Of a stretch of DNA of 32,000 nucleotides, positions 25,071-32,000 are shown one piece after another. The stretch covers positions 3,240,001 through 3,272,000 of the forward strand of contig NC_017039.1 of NCBI RefSeq assembly GCF_000284455.1. The letters run 5' to 3'. This DNA comes from Synechocystis sp. PCC 6803 substr. PCC-P (GTDB lineage Bacteria; Cyanobacteriota; Cyanobacteriia; Cyanobacteriales; Microcystaceae). The notes under the pieces are model-generated. The model saw nothing but the letters and a program-made list of their open reading frames with translations. It had not been told where the DNA came from and ran no database searches. How positions within the stretch are numbered: position 1 is the first letter of the stretch; the number at the start of each line of letters is the position of its first letter. The position numbers and the translations under genes are program-made.

Positions 25071-25382
25071 CTACCACTTCAGGAGATTGAATTGTTCCAT
25101 ATCGGTTGTTTCCCGGTTGCGGTAAATGGCTAGCACGATCGCCAGACCCACAGCGGCTTCGGCGGCGGCAATGGTAATGACAAAAATGGCAAACACCTGG
25201 CCCCGAATGTTGCTCGGATCAAGATAATTGGAAAAACCCATCAGGTTGAGGTTAACTGCGTTGAGCAATAGTTCAATGGACATCAACACCCGCACCGCAT
25301 TACGGCTAGTGATGAGACCATAAATGCCAATGCAAAAGAGGGCGGCCGCTAGGATCAAACAATATTGAAGCTGCAAATGCAT
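25071..25382 (-). CDS. ndhE: NAD(P)H-quinone oxidoreductase (NDH-1) subunit 4L, NdhE
   Basis: 103 aa with three TM helices. The sequence ...[25 protein letters not shown]... is typical of NuoK/NdhE. It is the last gene of the ndhA-I-G-E run. Confidence 0.93.
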   Translation of the reverse strand: MHLQLQYCLILAAALFCIGIYGLITSRNAVRVLMSIELLLNAVNLNLMGFSNYLDPSNIRGQVFAIFVITIAAAEAAVGLAIVLAIYRNRETTDMEQFNLLKW

Positions 25383-25521
25383 AGTGGGGTAAGAGAAATT
25401 TAACTAGAGTTATGAATAAAACCGTAAATAAAATTAGGTTAGGGCGGAAGATTTTTGCTTAAGTTTTGCCCAATTAACCGGCAAGATTGAAGAAGCTGCC
25501 ACTAACCTACCTAGGCAGCAT

Positions 25522-26118
25522 CTATTTGGAAGCGGAGGTTAACTCCCGGGGACGCTCTGGCAAAGTCAGGGCCGTGGCGGTTTTGTTTTCCTCGGACAAT
25601 TCGGGAATTAAGTCCCGACGGGCCAAAATAATTGCCCCCACCATGGCCATCAATAGCAGAACGGAAGCCAACTCAAAGGGCAAAAGGTAATCACTAAAAA
25701 AGTGTTTGCCAATGGTGACTAGGGTGTTTTCCACAAAAGGCCCCGTTTCATTAATCTGCCAGGGGGTGATCAACACCATGGTGCTCAACAGGGCAAAGAT
25801 GCCGGTACATACCAGAGCAGTGGAAACATTTCTTAGCCAACGACCGGGAATTTTGGAAAAATCCTCCCGTTTATTGACCAACATAATGGCAAAAAGAATA
25901 AGTACACTGACTGCCCCCACGTAAACTAGCACTTGGGCCGCCGCCACAAAATCCGCATTGAGCAGAATATAAATACCGGAAATACTGAGGAAAACTCCCC
26001 CCAATAGGAAGGCAGAATAAACAATATTAGAGAGCAGTACGACCCCCAGGGCCGCCCCAATGACTAAAAAAGCCAGGATTAGGAAGGATATGTACTGAAC
26101 ACCTTCAGCTAAATTCAC
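25522..26118 (-). CDS. ndhG: NAD(P)H-quinone oxidoreductase (NDH-1) subunit 6, NdhG
   Basis: 198 aa, hydrophobic, NuoJ/NdhG-like (...AAQVLVYVGAVSVLILFAIML...). GTG start at 26118 with AGGAG 8 nt upstream. Confidence 0.92.
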   Translation of the reverse strand: MNLAEGVQYISFLILAFLVIGAALGVVLLSNIVYSAFLLGGVFLSISGIYILLNADFVAAAQVLVYVGAVSVLILFAIMLVNKREDFSKIPGRWLRNVSTALVCTGIFALLSTMVLITPWQINETGPFVENTLVTIGKHFFSDYLLPFELASVLLLMAMVGAIILARRDLIPELSEENKTATALTLPERPRELTSASK

Positions 26119-26212
26119 AGTGGTTAATCTCCTAGGTACGGATAGTGGAAGGGCAAAATTGGTTCACAACGAGTTTACTTTAACGGGTAAAGCCAAGGAA
26201 TAAATCATCAAC

Positions 26213-26794
26213 CTATTCTGCTTTCACCAAATCTTCGGGATGTTGTCCGGCCCGTTGACTACCCTTGGGTAAATTGTGGGGTTCTATTACTCCTTTGGGT
26301 AAGTAGCCTAGTTCCCGCAGGGGAGTCACCATGGGGTCTTCGGTCACTTTATAGGGCAACCTTCCCAAAGCCACGTTGTCATAGTTCAAGTCATGGCGAT
26401 CATAGGCCGCCAATTCATATTCCTCGGTCATGGAGAGGCAGTTTGTGGGACAGTACTCCACGCAATTACCGCAGAAAATACATACACCGAAGTCGATGCT
26501 GTAATGTTTGAGTTCTTTTTTCTTAACTGCCTTATTAAATTCCCAGTCGACTACGGGCAAGTTAATGGGACAAACCCGCACACAGACTTCACAGGCAATA
26601 CATTTATCAAACTCAAAATGAATTCTGCCCCGGAATCGTTCTGAGGGAATGAGCTTTTCGTAGGGATATTGCACCGTGATGGGCCGACGACTCATGTGGT
26701 CAAAGGTAACTGCTAACCCCTGACCGATATACTTAGCCGCTTGCAAGCTCTCTTTAGCGTAATCGCCTACCTGTTTGAGAATGTTGTTAAACAT
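26213..26794 (-). CDS. ndhI: NAD(P)H-quinone oxidoreductase (NDH-1) subunit I, NdhI (2x[4Fe-4S])
   Basis: 193 aa with two ferredoxin-type cluster motifs, [12 protein letters not shown] and [12 protein letters not shown]. Confidence 0.95.
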   Translation of the reverse strand: MFNNILKQVGDYAKESLQAAKYIGQGLAVTFDHMSRRPITVQYPYEKLIPSERFRGRIHFEFDKCIACEVCVRVCPINLPVVDWEFNKAVKKKELKHYSIDFGVCIFCGNCVEYCPTNCLSMTEEYELAAYDRHDLNYDNVALGRLPYKVTEDPMVTPLRELGYLPKGVIEPHNLPKGSQRAGQHPEDLVKAE

Positions 26795-26904
26795 AGATTT
26801 GGGATTGGGATAAGCAAATGATTAAAGGTTTAAGTCGGCCAAAGTTAGAAGCTGGGCTAAGACAAATTTCAGTGACATCCCAGCTAATCTTTGTTGGAAG
26901 AGGA

Positions 26905-28023
26905 CTAACCGCCAAAGGCCATGGGAAAGGTCAATTTCAGGGCGGCAGTGATGAGAAGGTTTGCTAGGGCAACGGGCAATAAAAATTTCCAACCCAAGTT
27001 TAACAATTGGTCAATACGCACCCTGGGCACTGTCCAACGGAGCAAAATAGCAATGAAGATGAGGAAATAGGACTTCAGCACCGTCATGGTGATACCGAGG
27101 GCCGCCATCAGCACCTGCAACCAGGAAGTGGTAGGGGCAACTCCCAGCCAATTGGCCACATTTTCCAGGGGAATGGGGAAGTCCCAACCGCCCAGATAAA
27201 GCACCGAAAATACCAAGGCAGAAAGTACAAGGTTAACGTAGGAGCCAAGGTAGAACAGGGCGAATTTCATCCCAGCATATTCGGTTTGATAGCCTGCTAC
27301 CAATTCTTCTTCGGCTTCCGGTAGGTCAAAGGGTAGTCGCTCACATTCCGCCAAGGCTGCAATCCAGAAAATCAGAAAGCCCACCGGTTGCCGCCAAATA
27401 TTCCACCCCAAAATGCCGTAACCGGACTGTTGGTCAACGATGTCGATGGTGCTGAGGCTGTTAGACATCATCACGATCGCCAACACGGCCAGGGAAAGGG
27501 GAATTTCGTAGCTAATGGACTGGGCTGCCGCCCGGAGACCCCCCAAAAGGGAATACTTATTATTGGAAGCATAACCAGACATCAACAACCCGATGGGAGC
27601 AATACTGGAAAGGGCAATCCAGAGAAAAATACCAACGTTAATGTCAGTAATGACCAAGTTCTGGCCGAAGGGCACGATGAGATAGGAAAGAAAAACCGGC
27701 AGTACCACCAGTACAGGGCCAAGGGTGAACAACCAGGGGTCAGCCTTGGCGGGTACTACATCTTCTTTGAATACTAGCTTGATGCCATCGGCCACGGGTT
27801 GTAACACCCCTAAAGGACCTGCGTATTCTGGCCCAATCCTTTGTTGAGCGGCGGCGGAAATCTTTCTTTCCAGCCACACCACCACCAACACCCCGACGGT
27901 AGCTCCGATGATCATCAAAATGGAGGGGAGGGGAATCCAAAACAGCTTCGCTAATCCTGGGGGCAGGCCAAAACCCTGGAGTGACTGAAGAAAACTATTC
28001 TGAAGATCAATGCCTGAAGTCAT
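26905..28023 (-). CDS. ndhA: NAD(P)H-quinone oxidoreductase (NDH-1) subunit 1, NdhA
   Basis: 372 aa polytopic membrane protein. NuoH/NdhA signatures ...[21 protein letters not shown]... and ...[25 protein letters not shown]... Confidence 0.95.
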
Positions 28024-28277
28024 GGTGCCGTCCGCTGGGAGGGTTGAAATGATTAACTGAGTCTCAGCTCAGCAAGCTTGCCGATTATTGTAATGAAATT
28101 TACCTGCTTAGTATAGTCCCAATAGTTTTGATGGTTATGATTAGAATTCTTGAAGGGTATAGCTCTCTTGGGGTCGGTGGTGTCCTCGTTCTTCAAGATC
28201 CCTAGGGTTTTTTCCCTACCCTGGGCAGCCCTCTAGTAACCAGTCCTGCCCCTATCAAAACTTCCTTTTGCCGCCCT

Positions 28278-29423
28278 ATGTTGCGTTTTGCCCGTTCTCT
28301 CTATCCCCTGATCTTATCCGTAACCAAAAGTGATCCGGAAAGGGGCCATCAACGGCTTATTCAAACTTTAAAGAAAGTGGATACCATGCATCGCAATGGT
28401 TTTGCTGTGGCCATGGAGCAACTGGAGCAAGCTTTTACCCATGCAGACCCTCGTTTACAACAAACCTGTTGGGGCTTAAATTTTCCCAATGTGCTTGGTC
28501 TATCGGCTGGCTGTGATAAGGAGGGGGAAGCGGCCGCCGTTTGGCCTGCCCTGGGTTTTGGTTTTGCGGAATTGGGGGCTGTGACCAAATATGCCCAACC
28601 AGGGAATGACCGTCCCCGTCTGTTTCGTTTGCCACAAGACCAAGCAGTGTTAAACCGTTTGGGGGCCAACAATGAGGGGGCCGTGGCCATGGCGGCAAAA
28701 TTAAAACACACCTGGGACTACTATCCCCGTACCATTCCCATTGGCATCAATCTTTGTAAGTCGAAAATTACTCCCCTGGACCAAGCGGTGGAGGATTACG
28801 TTTTTAGTTTTCAGACCTTGGCCCCGGTGGCGGACTATTTTGTGGTCAATGTCAGTTCTCCCAATACCCCTGGGTTACGCAGTTTGCAGGAGTCTGACGA
28901 GTTGCCCCGCATTTTTGCTGGCTTGCAATCGGCTAACCATTGGCAAAAACCCCTTTTGGTAAAAATTTCTCCAGATCTGTCCTGGGAGGCGATCGCCGTC
29001 ATTATCGACCTAGTCAAAGAACATAACCTCTCAGGCATCGTCGCCACCAACACCAGCACCAGGCGATCGGGGTTGAAGACAAAAATTTTGCCCCAAACAG
29101 GTCAACCCATAGAACAGGAAGCTGGCGGACTGAGTGGTCAACCCATTCGAGACCGAGCCACAGAGGTAATCCGCTATATCTATCAACAAACTGGCGGCAC
29201 CATTCCCATCATCGGCGTGGGGGGGATTTTCACTGCTGAGGATGCCTGGGAAAAAATTCAAGCAGGGGCGAGTTTCCTACAGATTTATACCGGCTGGATT
29301 TATGGCGGTCCTTGGGTAGTCTCCGATATCTTGCAGGGCTTGGGGGAAAAATTAGCGGCTGGGGGCTTTTCCCATATCAGTGAAGCAGTGGGAATAGATA
29401 CAATAGGCAAGGCCCCAGAGTAA
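28278..29423 (+). CDS. pyrD: Dihydroorotate dehydrogenase (quinone), class 2
   Basis: 381 aa. Motifs [25 protein letters not shown] and IIGVGGI in the TIM-barrel DHODH layout, with an N-terminal extension typical of membrane-associated class 2 enzymes. Confidence 0.92.
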   Translation: MLRFARSLYPLILSVTKSDPERGHQRLIQTLKKVDTMHRNGFAVAMEQLEQAFTHADPRLQQTCWGLNFPNVLGLSAGCDKEGEAAAVWPALGFGFAELGAVTKYAQPGNDRPRLFRLPQDQAVLNRLGANNEGAVAMAAKLKHTWDYYPRTIPIGINLCKSKITPLDQAVEDYVFSFQTLAPVADYFVVNVSSPNTPGLRSLQESDELPRIFAGLQSANHWQKPLLVKISPDLSWEAIAVIIDLVKEHNLSGIVATNTSTRRSGLKTKILPQTGQPIEQEAGGLSGQPIRDRATEVIRYIYQQTGGTIPIIGVGGIFTAEDAWEKIQAGASFLQIYTGWIYGGPWVVSDILQGLGEKLAAGGFSHISEAVGIDTIGKAPE

Positions 29424-29561
29424 GTTTGACTAGTTACCGATTGCTCCAACCCTGGAGAAAAGCTACATAATGCCCATTGTCACCGGAGCTTTAGTGGGTT
29501 GATCTGGGGCCAGCATCGAACCCCAATGAACAGGCTCTCAATTATTTTTCCCAACCTTGTT

Positions 29562-30005
29562 ATGGCCAACGCTACTTTACCTCCCAATCTCGCTAAGATT
29601 GTCGAACGCTTCCAACGGCACACTGACCCCAAAAAACGGTATGAGCAGTTGTTGTGGTACGGCAAAAAGCTGGAGCCGATGATGGAGGAAGGGAAAATTG
29701 CCGCTAATAAAGTCCAAGGTTGTGTTTCCCAGGTTTATATCACCGCTGACCTGGAAGATGGCAAAGTAATGTACCAGGGGGATTCCGATGCCCAATTGGT
29801 CAAGGGTTTGGTGGCCTTACTAATTCAGGGTTTAAACGGCTTAACCCCCACGGAAATTGTCGAGTTAACGCCGGATTTCATTGAAGCGACGGGTTTACAG
29901 GTGAGCTTGACCCCCAGCCGGGCCAATGGTTTTTATAACATTTTTAAGATGATGCAAACCAAGGCGATCGCCTTTCAGTTGGGCCAGTCCTATGGAGAAG
30001 GTTGA
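29562..30005 (+). CDS. sufE: SufE-like cysteine desulfuration (sulfur acceptor) protein
   Basis: The sequence MANATLPPNLAKIVERFQR...YEQLLWYGKKL...VQGCVSQVYI carries the conserved acceptor Cys, and ...GDSDAQLVKGL... follows. The track ORF starts at TTG 29499. I prefer the ATG at 29562, with ATG 29526 also possible. Confidence 0.85.
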   Translation: MANATLPPNLAKIVERFQRHTDPKKRYEQLLWYGKKLEPMMEEGKIAANKVQGCVSQVYITADLEDGKVMYQGDSDAQLVKGLVALLIQGLNGLTPTEIVELTPDFIEATGLQVSLTPSRANGFYNIFKMMQTKAIAFQLGQSYGEG

Positions 30006-31269
30006 CCAAGCAAAATTGTTCCTGGGTTTAGACTTTGGTACGTCCGGGGCGAGGGCGGCGGTAATTGATCAAAATAAAGAGTTAATTTGGCAGGAAAAAG
30101 TCCAGTTTTCCCAGGTTCCCGGCCCCCAATTGGTTACCATCTGGCGGGAAAGTTTGTTTCATCTTTTAGATCAAATTCCCGATGAACTAAGCAGTCAAAT
30201 CCAGGCGATCGCCATTGATGGCACTTCCTCCACGGTTTTACTGTTGGATAGCCAAGGCAATGGGTTAATGGAGCCTCTGTTGTATAACGATGACCGGGGC
30301 AAAGAAGTTAAGCATTTATTATCAGCAATAGCTCCAGCAGATCATTTAGTGCAAAGTGCTACTTCTAGCCTAGCCAAACTGCTTTGGTACTCCCAACAAC
30401 CGGAGTTTGAACGAGCTAATTACTTTTGTCATCAAGCGGATTGGTTAGCAAGTTTGCTCCATGGTGGCAGACCCGTTAGTGATTATCACAATGCCCTCAA
30501 GCTGGGCTACAATCCCCACAATTTAACCTATCCTGATTGGTTAAAAAATGCTTCTTGGTTTGCCCTTTTACCTCCAGTAATTGCCCCCGGTAAAGCAATT
30601 TCCCGCTTATCTCCCAGCATTGCCAACGCAGAAAAATTCCCTAAAAATTATTTGGTTTGTGCCGGCACCACGGACAGCATTGCTGCTTTTTTAGCCAGTG
30701 GCGCAACGCAACCAGGGGAAGCGGTCACTTCTTTGGGTTCCACTCTGGTGCTGAAGTTACTAAGTGAAAAGCCAGTGACGGATCTAGCTAGCGGTATTTA
30801 TAGCCATCGTCTAGGCGATTTATGGTTAACGGGGGGAGCTTCCAATGCGGGGGGAGCAGTGTTACAACATTATTTTTCGTCAACGCAGTTAACAGCATTA
30901 AGTGCCAAAATTAATCCCCATCAACCTAGTGACTTAGATTACTATCCCCTTTTGCAACCGGGGGAAAGATTTCCCATTAATGACCCTAATTTATTACCCC
31001 GCTTGGAACCCAGACCAGAGAATGATGCAATTTTTTTACAAGGTTTATTGGAAGGTTTAGCTCGCATTGAAGCCCAGGGTTATGAAAAGTTGCAAAAGTT
31101 GGGGGCAACAACCTTAACAAAGGTGTTTACTGCTGGGGGTGGGGCACAGAATTTAACTTGGCAAACTATTCGGCAAAATTTGCTCCAGGTTCCGGTACAA
31201 AAATCCGTTCAGTCAGAAGCGGCCTATGGTTCTGCTTGTTTAGCTAGAAGTAGTAAATCTTGGGAATGA
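29992..31269 (+). CDS. FGGY-family carbohydrate kinase (xylulokinase-like; resembles the cyanobacterial/plastid putative D-ribulose kinase group)
   Basis: 425 aa. N-terminal FGGY motif LGLDFGTSGARA, a GTTDS motif and a C-terminal ...FTAGGGAQN... segment. Its ATG at 29992 overlaps the last 14 nt of sufE. Confidence 0.85.
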   Translation: MEKVDQAKLFLGLDFGTSGARAAVIDQNKELIWQEKVQFSQVPGPQLVTIWRESLFHLLDQIPDELSSQIQAIAIDGTSSTVLLLDSQGNGLMEPLLYNDDRGKEVKHLLSAIAPADHLVQSATSSLAKLLWYSQQPEFERANYFCHQADWLASLLHGGRPVSDYHNALKLGYNPHNLTYPDWLKNASWFALLPPVIAPGKAISRLSPSIANAEKFPKNYLVCAGTTDSIAAFLASGATQPGEAVTSLGSTLVLKLLSEKPVTDLASGIYSHRLGDLWLTGGASNAGGAVLQHYFSSTQLTALSAKINPHQPSDLDYYPLLQPGERFPINDPNLLPRLEPRPENDAIFLQGLLEGLARIEAQGYEKLQKLGATTLTKVFTAGGGAQNLTWQTIRQNLLQVPVQKSVQSEAAYGSACLARSSKSWE

Positions 31270-31335
31270 AGATTAAATCATCGTCCCTAGATGGTTGTCT
31301 ACAATATAATCAACCAAACCCTACACCCAAATTTT

Positions 31336-31491
31336 ATGAAGCTGAAAGTATTAGTCTGGCAAGAACAAGACCAATGGTGCGCTTCTGTTCCTGCTTTGCC
31401 TGGATGTCACACTTGGGGGAATAGTTACGATCATCTGATGGAAATGGTCAAAGAAGCTGTGGAAGGATGGCTTGAAGTTGCTAGTAAATAA
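31336..31491 (+). CDS. HicB-like (UPF0150) small protein, antitoxin-type fold without a DNA-binding domain
   Basis: 51 aa from the ATG at 31336. [48 protein letters not shown] matches the HicB N-terminal pattern (...ALPGC.T.G.T.EEA....EA...). No hicA is adjacent. The track ORF starts earlier, at 31291. Confidence 0.7.
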   Translation: MKLKVLVWQEQDQWCASVPALPGCHTWGNSYDHLMEMVKEAVEGWLEVASK

Positions 31492-31519
31492 GAAGAGGCG
31501 ATCGCCAAGAACAACAAGT

Positions 31520-31843
31520 ATGAGCCACACTTTTCAGCAGATTTTACAATTGATAGAGAAACAGGAAGTTAAAATATCTGCCCATGGCTACGACGAACTG
31601 GCCAGCGATAACATTTTTGTGACGGAACTTCTGTCCAGCGTGAATCAAGCCGAGGTTATAGAAGACTATCCTGATTATCCCAAAGGAGCTTGTGTCCTTG
31701 TTTTACAAAAAGATTTACAAAATCAGCCTATCCATGCCGTTTGGGGAATACCCAAAAATTCAGATTCTCCCGCTGTTTTAATTACGGCTTATCGGCCTAG
31801 TAACAACAAATGGGAAAACGACTACAAAACAAGAAAATTATGA
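31520..31843 (+). CDS. DUF4258-family protein (toxin-like component of a putative TA pair)
   Basis: 107 aa from the ATG at 31520. The sequence reads ...[59 protein letters not shown]...[21 protein letters not shown]. This fits the DUF4258 pattern as I remember it (EDYP.D.P.G...LVL, IH.V.G, ITAYRP...W). The track start at 31472 is TTG and overlaps the HicB-like ORF. Confidence 0.7.
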   Translation: MSHTFQQILQLIEKQEVKISAHGYDELASDNIFVTELLSSVNQAEVIEDYPDYPKGACVLVLQKDLQNQPIHAVWGIPKNSDSPAVLITAYRPSNNKWENDYKTRKL

Positions 31844-32000
31844 ACACCAGAACCCAAACAAAAATTATTCACGAAGGGGACTATATGGCAGAAGTTCAAG
31901 TTGAGCTAACCTACACTGATCATGATTGGTCTCCTTACTTATCTCTTACAGAAGCGCAAAAACTTGATCAACTCAGGCTGGCCCTGCGCAGAAATGATGT
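31840..32000 (+). CDS. Small hypothetical protein, 5' part only (runs off the window); likely partner of the DUF4258 gene
   Basis: My translation from the ATG at 31840 reads [53 protein letters not shown]..., open to the window end. Its ATG overlaps the DUF4258 stop (ATGA at 31840-31843), which suggests translational coupling. Confidence 0.5.
   Translation, partial: MNTRTQTKIIHEGDYMAEVQVELTYTDHDWSPYLSLTEAQKLDQLRLALRRND

Noticed and set aside
27388-27777. 129-aa plus-strand ORF (and 27007-27324) antisense to ndhA
   Set aside because: The opposite frame is a textbook NdhA. These ORFs are shadows of a hydrophobic gene.
28361-28711. 116-aa and 87-aa minus-strand ORFs antisense to pyrD
   Set aside because: The pyrD frame has multiple DHODH motifs. 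The antisense ORFs are Pro/Ala/Ser-rich.
1-32000. Looked for CRISPR arrays, IS elements or transposases, integrases, prophage genes and rRNA operons
   Set aside because: I saw no regularly spaced direct repeats, no DDE or tyrosine-recombinase-like ORFs, and no rRNA-like conserved stretches. The only dispersed repeats are HIP1 and the two-copy hairpin element reported above.

Overview
This window is a 32-kb stretch of cyanobacterial chromosome. The HIP1 palindrome GCGATCGC is very dense (at least 29 perfect copies counted by eye). Together with the gene order, this matches what I remember of Synechocystis sp. PCC 6803, which I cannot verify here. I call about 29 protein genes, nearly all housekeeping. 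In order they are:
- a partial ammonium transporter whose start overlaps (ATGA) the stop of an RCK-gated K+ channel gene
- clpX, clpP and tig
- asd and dapA
- RNase J, behind a ~690-nt ORF-free AT-rich leader
- an orphan 244-aa protein and coaE
- a 1,036-aa Toprim/DUF3854-like primase plus SF2-helicase fusion
- a divergent phosphoketolase-like ThDP enzyme
- an M50 site-2 protease with a CBS pair
- a YggS-type PLP protein and a vapBC toxin-antitoxin pair
- a FIST sensor protein and valS
- the ndhA-ndhI-ndhG-ndhE operon
- pyrD, then sufE overlapping an FGGY sugar kinase
- a HicB-like / DUF4258 / small-ORF cassette at the right edge

I saw no rRNA, tRNA, CRISPR array, transposase or integrase. 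The items most worth a second look are:
- the chromosomal plasmid-Rep-like primase-helicase (12388-15498)
- a ~100-nt G/C-clamped hairpin repeat present twice (17859-17959 and 24936-25050)
- the long RNase J leader and the basic low-complexity tail of RNase J
- the three-gene TA-like cassette at the window end

None of these is demonstrably a new system from sequence alone. All functional calls rest on motifs I read in the supplied translations.
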